From Nitrospirales bacterium (GTDB taxonomy: Bacteria; Nitrospirota; Nitrospiria; Nitrospirales; UBA8639), in NCBI GenBank assembly GCA_965223295.1, contig CBDCWC010000003.1, positions 1,760,001 to 1,824,000 of the forward strand: DNA of 64,000 nucleotides, written 5' to 3'. Positions 19,932 to 29,388 of this stretch are shown piece after piece. Positions within the stretch are counted from its first letter, which is position 1, and each line of letters begins with the position of its first letter. The position numbers and the translations under genes were made by a program. The notes below the pieces were generated by a model. It was given only the letters and a program-made list of their open reading frames with translations. It made no database searches and was not told the origin of the DNA.

Positions 19932-20124
19932 AGGCGTGTTGAATAATTGAATATCTCAAAGATCATATTTCGCCAGGAAGCCCTTGGCAATCAACAGCGT
20001 CGGGTCTGTTCAAAAAAGGTTCGTCCAGCAAGGCCACAGCCATTTTTGCGCGCGGAGCGTACTGGTCCTACGTGAGCACGGAAAAATGGCGAGAACGCCG
20101 CTGGCGGCTTTTTTCAACAGACCC
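19932..20124 (+). mobile_element. MITE-like repeat, copy 2 (subfamily A)
   Basis: Homologous to copy 1; flanked by TATAT/TATAT. Confidence 0.85.
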
Positions 20125-20171
20125 TATATTCACTCCAATGCCTTATGAACCAGAAATAATCGAGAATCAAT

Positions 20172-21470
20172 ATGCTTGAAACTATGGCACCACGAGTATT
20201 ACGTGAAATTCCTGGAGAGCCCTGGGAAATTGAGTCATATTGCCAAGAGGGTGGCTATGAAGTCTGGAAACAATGCGTGACGAAGCCTGATCCTCTCGCC
20301 ATTATTGCTCAATTGAAGGAGGCACATCTTCGTGGACGAGGTGGAGCCGGGTTTCCGACCGGATTAAAATGGGACAAAGTTCTGAACCATCGTGTGGAAG
20401 AACGCTATTTTGTCTGCAATGCCGGTGAGCATGAACCGGGAACGTTTAAAGATCGGTATTTACTCAAACACCATCCGCATCAGCTATTAGAAGGCTGTCT
20501 TATTGCTGCCCATACGGTGGGTGCCAAAGAAGCGTATATTTATCTGAATCATGAGTTCGCCAAAGAGAAGGCGAACTTCGAACGGGCTAAAGAAGAGGCG
20601 AGGGCCAAGGGCTATTTGGGCGATAATATTTTAGGTACGGGTCTGAATTTAGATATCCAAATTTTTGATGGCTATGGGAGTTATGTGGCTGGTGAAGAAA
20701 CGGCGATGTTGGAGTCGATGCAAGGACGTCCAGCCCAACCAAAACAAAAACCGCCATTCTATCCCACGGAATATGGGCTCCATGGGAAACCGACGTTGGT
20801 GAATAATGTGGAAACACTTTCCAATATTCCACAGCTTTTACGGAATGGAGCGGCATGGTTTCGGGAAGTGGGAACCAGTACGACGCCAGGGACGATGTTG
20901 TTCTCTCTCAGTGGATCTGTCAATCGACCGGGTGTGTATGAATTGCCGTTGGGGACCACGGTTCGTCATTTGATAGAAGTGTGTGGACAAGGTGTTCTCC
21001 ATGGTCATGGTGTCAAAGCGGTCTTTCCTGGAGGACCATCATTTTCCATGATTGGCGTTGATCAGCTAGATCTTCCCATGGACTTTGATTCTTTAAAAAA
21101 AGCTGGCACTGGATTGGGTTCTGCAGGTGTGATTGTCGTGGATGATGCCACATGTATGGTGGCCCAAACGCTGAAGTTTTCGGAATTCTTTGAAGACGAA
21201 ACCTGTGGCCAATGCCCGCCCTGTCGAATTGGTACGGGAGAGTTGGCCATGCTGATGCGGAAAATCGAAAAAGGGCAAGGCGAAGAGAAAGATTTAGAGA
21301 AGTTGTTGCAAATCTGTGGATTTGTGAAAGGTACAGGGTTTTGTACGTTGGTATCCGGTGCTGCTGTGCTTGTTCAGAATAGTTTGCGCTTATTCCGTCA
21401 TGAGTTTGAAGCCCATATTGAATTAGGTCGTTGTCCGATGAATGCAGTTCCAGAATCTGAGGGGGCGTGA
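20172..21470 (+). CDS. nuoF: Stand-alone NuoF-like flavoprotein (NADH/FMN-binding, 4Fe-4S)
   Basis: LRGRGGAGFPTGLKW, EPGTFKDR, GEETA, NNVET, CGQCPPCRIG. Confidence 0.88.
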   Translation: MLETMAPRVLREIPGEPWEIESYCQEGGYEVWKQCVTKPDPLAIIAQLKEAHLRGRGGAGFPTGLKWDKVLNHRVEERYFVCNAGEHEPGTFKDRYLLKHHPHQLLEGCLIAAHTVGAKEAYIYLNHEFAKEKANFERAKEEARAKGYLGDNILGTGLNLDIQIFDGYGSYVAGEETAMLESMQGRPAQPKQKPPFYPTEYGLHGKPTLVNNVETLSNIPQLLRNGAAWFREVGTSTTPGTMLFSLSGSVNRPGVYELPLGTTVRHLIEVCGQGVLHGHGVKAVFPGGPSFSMIGVDQLDLPMDFDSLKKAGTGLGSAGVIVVDDATCMVAQTLKFSEFFEDETCGQCPPCRIGTGELAMLMRKIEKGQGEEKDLEKLLQICGFVKGTGFCTLVSGAAVLVQNSLRLFRHEFEAHIELGRCPMNAVPESEGA

Positions 21471-21479
21471 GCTTTGCCC

Positions 21480-21827
21480 ATGCCTCGTGTCACCTTTATT
21501 CATCCTGAAGGAAAAAGTGGAGAGGTTGCGCCTGATCTGTCGCTTCTCGAAGCGGCTGACCAGTTGGGATTTCCTCTCAATCATGATTGTGGCGGTAATG
21601 CCTCGTGTACAACCTGCCGAGTGGATGTGGTCGCGGGGTTGGAAAATTTATCCGACATTGATTTTGACGAACAAGATTTACTGGATCGCGAAGCGCTCAT
21701 CGAACCTTATCGCCGCTTAGGGTGCCAAGCTCGAGTGTTAGGCGATGTGATTGTTCAGGTGCCTGAAGAAAAATGGGAGAAGACTTCGCTGGACCAATCC
21801 CAGGAAGTCGAGTCCTCCCCTCAATAA
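21480..21827 (+). CDS. 2Fe-2S ferredoxin (adrenodoxin/Isc type)
   Basis: CGGNASCTTC...RLGCQ. Confidence 0.9.
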   Translation: MPRVTFIHPEGKSGEVAPDLSLLEAADQLGFPLNHDCGGNASCTTCRVDVVAGLENLSDIDFDEQDLLDREALIEPYRRLGCQARVLGDVIVQVPEEKWEKTSLDQSQEVESSPQ

Positions 21828-21893
21828 CAAGGGCAACAAGACAGTATTCTTGCCTGGTTCGTGCAAGAAGATCCTTTCTTTTTCATTTCGTTT

Positions 21894-22325
21894 ATGGCTA
21901 GCTCGACATCAATTACCCGCACCTATACCTTTTGCGCAGCACATCGGCTGCATACTGACCAATTGCCGGATGACGTCAATCAAAAAATATTTGGCAAATG
22001 TAATAATTTAAATGGGCATGGCCACAATTATACGGTTCAAGTCACGGTTCAAGGGGAAGTGGATGGCAAGACAGGGTTGGTCATTGATGTTGATCAACTT
22101 GATCAGATTGTCCACGAAACGGTTGTCACTCGTTTTGATCATCAACATTTGAATTTCGACTCAGCGTTTCAACACCTCACCACGACCGGTGAAAATCTGG
22201 CCTATGTGATATGGCATTTGTTGGTAGATAAGCTGCCATCGGGCCAATTGGGAAAAATTGGTGTACTGGAAACACGGGACAATTTTTTTGAATATATTGG
22301 AGATTCAAAATCGTCAAAGATTTAG
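21894..22325 (+). CDS. 6-pyruvoyl-tetrahydropterin synthase family protein (PTPS-II-type motif)
   Basis: FCAAHRL, CNNLNGHGHNY (C-X5-HGH), TTGENLA. Confidence 0.85.
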   Translation: MASSTSITRTYTFCAAHRLHTDQLPDDVNQKIFGKCNNLNGHGHNYTVQVTVQGEVDGKTGLVIDVDQLDQIVHETVVTRFDHQHLNFDSAFQHLTTTGENLAYVIWHLLVDKLPSGQLGKIGVLETRDNFFEYIGDSKSSKI

Positions 22326-22361
22326 GAGCTCTTTGTTATTCACTTGAACGTATGGAGAAGT

Positions 22362-23030
22362 ATGAAGCCGAAACCGAAGAAATCTAAGGCCGCATCTGTC
22401 CAGCGCAACCCCCGGAAGTTAGCAGATTCCGATCAGATTGAAATTACCTCTCCAGCGGCGATCAAAGACATTGAGCCCACGGTTCGAAAATTACTCAGTC
22501 AGTTAGGTGAGAATCCTGACAGAAATGGATTGCAGGAGACTCCCAAACGAGTGGCCAAGGCCCTCACGTATCTCACGCAGGGCTATCATCAAGATATTGA
22601 TACCTTGCTGAATCATGCTCTTTTCCCCATCCAATATGACGAAATGGTCATCGTCAAAGATATTGATTTTTATAGTTTGTGTGAACATCACCTGTTGCCA
22701 TTTTTTGGCAAGTGTCATGTCGGATACATTCCTAGAAAGCATGTGGTGGGTTTAAGCAAAGTGCCTCGCATTGTGGATATGTTCAGTCGACGTCTGCAGG
22801 TGCAAGAACGACTAACCGTGCAAATTGCCCATACGATTCAGGAAAAACTCAATCCTCATGGGGTAGGCGTGGTCATGGAAGCTCGGCATCTATGTATGAG
22901 TATGCGAGGAGTTGAAAAGCAAAATACCGTAGCCGTGACCAGTGAGATGTTAGGCGTATTTAGAAATCAACAACAAACGCGAGATGAGTTTCTGAAATTA
23001 ATTCGCCAGCGTGGCGGTGATAACGACTAA
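22362..23030 (+). CDS. folE: GTP cyclohydrolase I
   Basis: [31 protein letters not shown]. Confidence 0.95.
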   Translation: MKPKPKKSKAASVQRNPRKLADSDQIEITSPAAIKDIEPTVRKLLSQLGENPDRNGLQETPKRVAKALTYLTQGYHQDIDTLLNHALFPIQYDEMVIVKDIDFYSLCEHHLLPFFGKCHVGYIPRKHVVGLSKVPRIVDMFSRRLQVQERLTVQIAHTIQEKLNPHGVGVVMEARHLCMSMRGVEKQNTVAVTSEMLGVFRNQQQTRDEFLKLIRQRGGDND

Positions 23031-23261
23031 TATTCTCGCAACCGACTGATCCAGGTTGACCATGTCTGATGAAATTTCCTCCTTGACCTATTTCATGAAA
23101 TCAGCTTTAATGCGCGGCATCTTATCTTTCTTACTGTAGCTTCCCACGGATGGGCTAGGAGCGCAGGATGCGCCGGTCTTATAGAGTGTAGTTGTTTGGG
23201 AGTCAGGTCACCCATCTGTATGCACAAAGACTAACGCTCATCACCCCAAATCCTTTCCCCT

Positions 23262-23423
23262 CGTTCTCGCCATTTTCCCGTGCTCACGTAAGACCAGTAC
23301 GCTCCGCGCGCAAACATGGCGGTGGCCTTGCTGGAGGGCTTTTTTGACCATTCCCGTCGCATCGCAGTCTCCACTGCACTGAAAGCGTTTTCGTAACTTG
23401 CAATTGAACTATTCAACAGTCTC
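23262..23423 (-). mobile_element. MITE-like repeat, copy 3 (subfamily B, right end truncated)
   Basis: Closely matches copy 5; lacks the terminal ~30 bp. Confidence 0.8.
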
Positions 23424-23444
23424 ATTGTTGATCCGTCATTCACT

Positions 23445-24014
23445 ATGAACACTCCTGCTCATATGATGGTAAATGTGGGACTGCTCGGCAAAGGAAAAGC
23501 GCCGTCGCATCAAGTTGCTGTGCTGATTGGGGCGGTGATTTCGGATGTGCCGATGTTCGTGTTTTATTTTTGGGAAAAGGTCTGGAGGTCGTTACCGGAA
23601 TCCGTTATTTGGCAACAGTATTTTGATCCGCGCTGGCAGATGGTCTTTGATCTTTTTCACTCATTTCCCATCGCGCTTATTGGTTGGTTTCTGAGTGTAT
23701 GGGCAAAGTGGAAGGGGGGTGCGCTATTTTGGGTCAGTATGCTCCTGCATAATGTAGGCGATTTTCCGCTCCATCATGATGATGCGCACCGACATTTCGT
23801 TCCTTTATCGGACTGGCAGTTTGCCAGCCCGGTCTCCTATTGGGATCCCCGATTTTATGGAAATGTTGTGACGATCATTGAAATTTTCCTGGTTTTGGCC
23901 ATTGGACTCTGGCTTTGGCGAGACGCCAGCTGGATAGGGACAAAGATCATGGTGGCTTCAATCTTCTCCATTTATCTTGGATACTTAGGATATGTGGCTC
24001 TCGTGTGGATGTGA
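23445..24014 (+). CDS. Putative membrane-bound metal-dependent hydrolase-like protein
   Basis: MNTPAH, FHS, LLH..D..LHHDDAHRHF in hydrophobic helices. Confidence 0.65.
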   Translation: MNTPAHMMVNVGLLGKGKAPSHQVAVLIGAVISDVPMFVFYFWEKVWRSLPESVIWQQYFDPRWQMVFDLFHSFPIALIGWFLSVWAKWKGGALFWVSMLLHNVGDFPLHHDDAHRHFVPLSDWQFASPVSYWDPRFYGNVVTIIEIFLVLAIGLWLWRDASWIGTKIMVASIFSIYLGYLGYVALVWM

Positions 24015-24046
24015 GAGGTCAGTTACTTTTTGGGATCTTTAGCCAG

Positions 24047-24841
24047 TCATAACCCGTGTGTCTGAAGAAAAGATTGCACAGCCTGATTAAATGCCACAGG
24101 CTGCTCAAAATTGGAAAGATGGCCTGCTTCGGGAATGATGACCAATCTTGCTTCAGGAATTCGCTGGGTGATGTACTGAGATTCTTCGACTGGAGTGGCT
24201 TGATCCTTTTCTCCGACGATAACCAGAGTGGGACAGGTGATCATCGAAAGAAGATCGGTAGAATCAGGCCGAGCGGCCATTGCGACCAAATCAACGACAA
24301 TTCCCGACTCAGGGGTTTGAAGAATCATCTGCCGAACCTGTTCTACAAGTTCAGGCCGGTGTTGGAAGGTTGTTGGGGCTAGAAGTTTAGGAAGCATGAT
24401 GTCGGCAATGGCCGAGGCTCCATCTTTGAATGCAACTTCAGCCATCGACCGACGTCCCGCTTTCCCTTCCTCGCTATCCGCTTGAGCTCTTGTATCGGCT
24501 AACACCAAGCCTTTTACCCGATTCGCATAACGACGGTAAATCGAAAAGAGGGTGTAACCGCCCATCGACAAACCCACAAACACGGCTTGAGAAATTCCGA
24601 GATGGTCGAGCAGGTGAATGACATTCTTGGCATAGTCGTTCAAACTATCATTCCATAAGACGATGTCGGATTCTCCATGTCCTCCAATGTAGATGGTGAT
24701 GACTCGATAGGCGTCTTGCAGGGCATCCACTTGCGGTTGCCACATGGCCTTGCTTAAGGGAAAGGCATGGATGAAGATGAGAGGCGTGCCGTTTCCTTGG
24801 TCTGTATACCCAATTGTCATTCCATTGATATTAGCCTTCAC
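24047..24841 (-). CDS. Alpha/beta-fold hydrolase
   Basis: GLSMG nucleophile elbow, GEKD, AGHLSN. Confidence 0.9.
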   Translation of the reverse strand: MKANINGMTIGYTDQGNGTPLIFIHAFPLSKAMWQPQVDALQDAYRVITIYIGGHGESDIVLWNDSLNDYAKNVIHLLDHLGISQAVFVGLSMGGYTLFSIYRRYANRVKGLVLADTRAQADSEEGKAGRRSMAEVAFKDGASAIADIMLPKLLAPTTFQHRPELVEQVRQMILQTPESGIVVDLVAMAARPDSTDLLSMITCPTLVIVGEKDQATPVEESQYITQRIPEARLVIIPEAGHLSNFEQPVAFNQAVQSFLQTHGL

Positions 24842-25016
24842 TATCCACTCCTTTTTCTTCTATGGCAGCGGCATGTTTTCTTTGGCTGGCTGGAAGGCAC
24901 TAACCACATTTTCTCTCATTTGCCGGTTCATGGCCGATGGTTATAGCATATTGAGAGTAGAGAGGTAATGAAGAAAGCTGCTCTCAGAAGTGCATGCTGT
25001 TTTTAGTTTATGAGTA

Positions 25017-25241
25017 GGGCGTGTTGAATAATGAAGATATCAAGGGCCATATTTCGCCCGTAAGCGGTTCGCTATCAGTAGCATCGGGGCTGTTCAAAAA
25101 TGTCCGCTCGCCTGCGCGAAGCCGCTTCGGCGAAGCCAGGTCCAGCAAGGCCGCAGCTATTTTTGCGCGCGGAACGTACTGGCACTACGTGAGCACGGAA
25201 AAATGGTGAGAACGCCGCTGGCGGCTTTTTTCAACAGACCC
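25017..25241 (+). mobile_element. MITE-like repeat, copy 4 (subfamily A) with a 34-bp nested insert
   Basis: Homologous to copies 1 and 2; flanks GAGTA/AAGTA; extra sequence at 25107-25140. Confidence 0.85.
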
Positions 25242-25361
25242 AAGTAAGATCGTTTAAAGCTCTCTCGCCATTTCAGGGCTTGGCCTCGAAGAGAGGACGA
25301 GGGTTTGGGTGATGGAAGCTCACCAAAATATTCAAGCACTGTAGACTTGGAGCGAGTGCCG

Positions 25362-26705
25362 ATGGAACCATTTGATTCAGAGTCTCAAGGAGATCTCTTC
25401 CCGAGTACAAAATTTTCCGATAGCCGCCAAGCGCCCTTAGCAGATCGCATGCGGCCGCAGTCTTTTGATGACTTTGTCGGCCAAGAAGAAGCCTTGGCAG
25501 TAGATCAGCCGCTTCGCAAGGCCATAGAGAATGATCGTGTGCCTTCTCTGATAGTATGGGGGCCACCAGGCACAGGCAAAACGACCTTGGCGCATCTCAT
25601 CGCTAAGAAAACGCAGTCAGCATTTGTGCCATTTTCGGCTGTGCTGAGTGGTGTGCAGGAATTGCGAGGACTTCTCAAAACGGCGCAACAACGTAAAAAG
25701 GTGTCGAATCAACATACGCTGCTCTTTGTCGATGAAATTCATCGATTCAATAAAGCGCAACAAGATGCCTTTTTGCCATATGTGGAACGGGGCGATATCA
25801 CCCTTATTGGTGCAACCACGCAAAATCCTTCGTTTGAAGTGATCGCACCTTTATTGTCTCGGTCGATGGTGGTGGTACTCAAATCGTTGAACGATGATGC
25901 CTTAGGGCAGATTTTAGATCGTGCCTTAACGGATTCAAAACGAGGACTCGGAGCTTCACAAACAACTCTCACCCCTGAAGCGAGGCGTTTGCTCATTGCA
26001 TACGGTAATGGTGATGCCCGTTCAATGTTGACGGGGTTGGAATTTGTTGTGGGTCACTATGCAGAAAACGGGAAATCAGCCTCTATCGATAAGCCTCAGG
26101 TCGCGCAGGCTCTTAAAGAAAAAGCGCTACGATACGATCGAGCTGGAGAAGAACACTATGATTTGATTTCCGCGTTTATCAAAAGTATGCGTGATTCTCA
26201 CCCGGATGGCGCACTCTATTGGTTGGCTCGAATGCTGGAAGGTGGAGAGGATCCCAAATTTATCGCAAGACGCATGATGATTTTTGCATCAGAAGACATT
26301 GGGATGGCTGACTCACAAGCCCTTGTCATCGCCTCGGCCGTTTTTCATGCTGTAGAGGTGGTTGGTTTGCCAGAGGCACAAATCAACCTGGCTCATGGGG
26401 TGACCTACTTAGCTACGGCTCCAAAAAGTAATGCGTCTTATGCTGGAATTCTTGCTGCAAGAAAAGACGTGAAAGAAAAAGGCAATTTGCCCGTGCCGCT
26501 TCATTTGCGGAATGCCGCGACTTCTCTCATGAAAGAGCTGGACTATGGGAAAGACTACCGCTATGCACATGATGACCCACATGGCGCCAAGGCCCAAACC
26601 CATCTTCCCAAAGAACTAGAAGGCCGTCAGTATTATCAGCCCAAGAGTTCTTTCTTCAGGTCTTCTCCAAATGATATGGAAGAAGATATCAATAATCCCT
26701 GGTAA
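25362..26705 (+). CDS. rarA: Replication-associated recombination protein A (MgsA/RarA AAA+)
   Basis: PLADRMRP, WGPPGTGKTT, DEIHRFNKAQQD, HYDLISAFIKS. Confidence 0.95.
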   Translation: MEPFDSESQGDLFPSTKFSDSRQAPLADRMRPQSFDDFVGQEEALAVDQPLRKAIENDRVPSLIVWGPPGTGKTTLAHLIAKKTQSAFVPFSAVLSGVQELRGLLKTAQQRKKVSNQHTLLFVDEIHRFNKAQQDAFLPYVERGDITLIGATTQNPSFEVIAPLLSRSMVVVLKSLNDDALGQILDRALTDSKRGLGASQTTLTPEARRLLIAYGNGDARSMLTGLEFVVGHYAENGKSASIDKPQVAQALKEKALRYDRAGEEHYDLISAFIKSMRDSHPDGALYWLARMLEGGEDPKFIARRMMIFASEDIGMADSQALVIASAVFHAVEVVGLPEAQINLAHGVTYLATAPKSNASYAGILAARKDVKEKGNLPVPLHLRNAATSLMKELDYGKDYRYAHDDPHGAKAQTHLPKELEGRQYYQPKSSFFRSSPNDMEEDINNPW

Positions 26706-26854
26706 TTCAGGCCGATCCGACAACTCGAAAAATAAAGCTGTATTTTTTAGATCGTTGTGGGGAAGAGTGGGTAGGCAGTTCGAGTATGAGGTCCTCAGTA
26801 TAGTACCTTGATCACAGTATCTGAATCTTGATGAACAAGAGAATGCGGATTTTT

Positions 26855-27508
26855 TCAGTTTTCTTGGGAAATGATACTGTGTTCATTCTTTTTGAGTTGT
26901 AGCTCATCGGAATGAACAAGATCTGCATTCTTGCCTTGGTCGGCGAATTCTTTGAGGCGTTGATTGATGACTGCAACGGTGGAGGTAATGCCAGTATCCA
27001 CCTCTTCTGACAGAGCGTTGAGGCCAGTGAGAATATCCCGGGCTTCTTCCACACCTTTCCCTATGGCCTTGCCAATAAAGTTGACAAATTCGCTCCGAAC
27101 GTCCTCTTCGCTTAACTCGGGGTGATTTTCTTGAAATTGCGAAAAGGCGAGGAGGGCAAAGTCTACAATCCGATTAGCTGTGGCTTCGGGAGAAACATCG
27201 AGGGATGTATCAGGTGATACGCCAAGGTCAGCTTTAGCCGATTCCACCAGACTTTCGAGCTTTTGAAGATCCTGTTGTGAGAGTCCATTGTGGAGGTCTG
27301 GTTCCAGTCCACCAGCTTTTTGAATATTGGCCAAGGTTTTATTCAAGACAAGTTCGGCCACATCTTTTCGCGATGTTGGGCCACTCAAGGAAACGGTGTC
27401 AGTTTGAGCTGAGGCCGCTGGTCGAGCCTGGGTGTTTCGAGCTGGCAAGGTCTTTTGAGCAAAACTCGGGGCCTGCGCCTGAATAGGGAGGGATACTTCT
27501 CTCACCAT
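26855..27508 (-). CDS. DUF5610-like protein
   Basis: SPEATANRIVDFA...GVEEARDILTGLNAL. Confidence 0.6.
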   Translation of the reverse strand: MVREVSLPIQAQAPSFAQKTLPARNTQARPAASAQTDTVSLSGPTSRKDVAELVLNKTLANIQKAGGLEPDLHNGLSQQDLQKLESLVESAKADLGVSPDTSLDVSPEATANRIVDFALLAFSQFQENHPELSEEDVRSEFVNFIGKAIGKGVEEARDILTGLNALSEEVDTGITSTVAVINQRLKEFADQGKNADLVHSDELQLKKNEHSIISQEN

Positions 27509-27568
27509 GCGTGCCTACTCCTTGTGTGTCGTCGTGAACTATCAAATCGATCTAGAGATGCTGAGACC

Positions 27569-27596
27569 TTATCGGCTTTTCCTTGGTAGGCCTTGC
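27569..27596 (-). promoter_or_regulatory. Candidate sigma28 (FliA) promoter
   Basis: Perfect -10 GCCGATAA; weak -35 GCAAG. Confidence 0.5.
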
Positions 27597-28263
27597 GAGG
27601 GGATAGCACAGAATGAACTGGTCAAGAGCTTATTTCGGGGGAGCAAGACGATTTCTTCTAGGTCCGGGATGGAAAGCAAAGGGCTCCAAGTGAGGGCCAG
27701 GACGCCTCTTTTAGATCAATACTGACATTATCCGAAGGAACAACTGGCCTATCAGCCACAATCGACCCAAAGCGGACATCTAAAATTTAAGATATCTCCG
27801 TAATATATTCAAGAATAGACTCATTACGTGAGCCATAGCTTTATTGTTAACACTTGTATGCTGTTTGCAGTTAGCTATCACCGCTTCCAATTCCGGCGCC
27901 GAGAACGACTTCTTATAGTCAAAAAACTCAAATCCCCTGTTTCTCAAGGATGTACCCCACAACTTCAGTATTCTCATTCGGTGCTCCAATTAGCTTAGTC
28001 AGAAATCTCCAAGCGCCCAAAAATAATAGCGCTTTTCCCTACAAGTGCCATGGTCATACCCAGTGTGCAGTGTGCTTTCTCCTGAGGGTAAAGAATCCCA
28101 GCTACTGGTGTTGAGATTGCAATGAAAAAGGGGAGCGAACAATGTGGCGCATATGGTATAAGGGATTGGCTTTCACTCTAAGGGCTGCATGACTAGGAAT
28201 CTGCCATGTGCAGGCGCCTAGGTTAGAAAGAATCGCATCGCTTGGAAATACCATTCAGGTGGA

Positions 28264-29388
28264 ATGATACTCAGACGACAAACAGCGGTGGGCTGGCGAT
28301 CATCTCAGGATATCCTTCTGTGCGCACTGGTGTGTCTTGTTAGTGTCATGGGGTTCACGCCACTGGCTACGGCGCAGGATCTTGATGTTTTAAAGGCCGC
28401 GGTCGTCAAGATTAGAGCCAATACGGGGCAAGTGGGTTCGGGCTTTATCGTTCGAGTTGAACAGGACAAGGTCTTCATCATTACAGCCGCGCATGTCATT
28501 GCAGGAGACCCTCAGCCTGAGGTGGAGTTTTTCTGGGAGCGCAATGTGCCGATCAAAGGCACGGTCTTGCCTGGAGCGGAAGTGAATGATGACGTACGAG
28601 GGTTAGCTTTGGTTATAGTGCTCGGAAAAGAGTTTTTCTCAAAGGGGATACAAAGCCTAGCGTTTGGGTTGGTCACAGATCTAGTGTCGGGGGGAGAGGA
28701 AGCCCTAGTCATAGGCCATCCTGGGGGAGGAGGCGACTGGACGGTGGTGAACCGGCATATTTCAAATCGGGTCGGCCGCGACATTACGCTCGATCCAGGT
28801 GTGATGGCCAGATTTTCCGGTGGGCCTATTCTGGTAAAGAACAAAGTGATGGGCATTGTAATGACCAATAGAGGTGGCTTTGGCTTAGGCAGCACCCATA
28901 AAAGCGTATTGGACTATATGGAGGGCTTTGGGGTGATCCCTTCTACCGTTCCCATTATCGATGCGAAGGAACCTCCTTCCACCGCCGAAACAACAGTGCC
29001 TACTGTCCACGTTCCTCCGCTCTCAAAACGTCCCAGTCAGTCGTTGCCTCAAACCAAAACTGGCAAAGATGGTGCGCCGATCAACAGTATTGTGGAGGAC
29101 CAGACTGACGGAAGGCCTCCTGCAAAGAAAAATACGCACGAAACCAATGGAGTGAATGGCACAATTTCGTTTATATGGGAGGGTGCGACACCGACATGGT
29201 GGAAGGTGTTGCAGGCCGATCAATTTGGTGAGTACCAGGAGGTCGCACGGACGAACCAATTACGCCGGGGTAAAAGGCAAGTCATGGAACTAGCGCCTGG
29301 CAAATACCAGGTCAATCGAAGTGCCGAAGGCGCAGAACGACAAGATGTAACTGTCAATATTGGAAAAGATGTGCTTATAACTGAGTAA
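28264..29388 (+). CDS. Secreted trypsin-like peptidase domain protein
   Basis: Signal peptide; GSGF, TAAHV, FSGGP; Pro/Thr-rich linker. Confidence 0.75.
   Translation: MILRRQTAVGWRSSQDILLCALVCLVSVMGFTPLATAQDLDVLKAAVVKIRANTGQVGSGFIVRVEQDKVFIITAAHVIAGDPQPEVEFFWERNVPIKGTVLPGAEVNDDVRGLALVIVLGKEFFSKGIQSLAFGLVTDLVSGGEEALVIGHPGGGGDWTVVNRHISNRVGRDITLDPGVMARFSGGPILVKNKVMGIVMTNRGGFGLGSTHKSVLDYMEGFGVIPSTVPIIDAKEPPSTAETTVPTVHVPPLSKRPSQSLPQTKTGKDGAPINSIVEDQTDGRPPAKKNTHETNGVNGTISFIWEGATPTWWKVLQADQFGEYQEVARTNQLRRGKRQVMELAPGKYQVNRSAEGAERQDVTVNIGKDVLITE

Noticed and set aside
21894-22325. Calling this gene queD to pair it with the QueT-like transporter
   Set aside because: The active-site motif is C-X5-HGH rather than C-X3-HGH, and no queC/queE/queF is present in the window.
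27780-27989. 69-aa minus-strand ORF in an AT-richer patch
   Set aside because: TTG start, no recognisable motif; cannot be supported as a gene.
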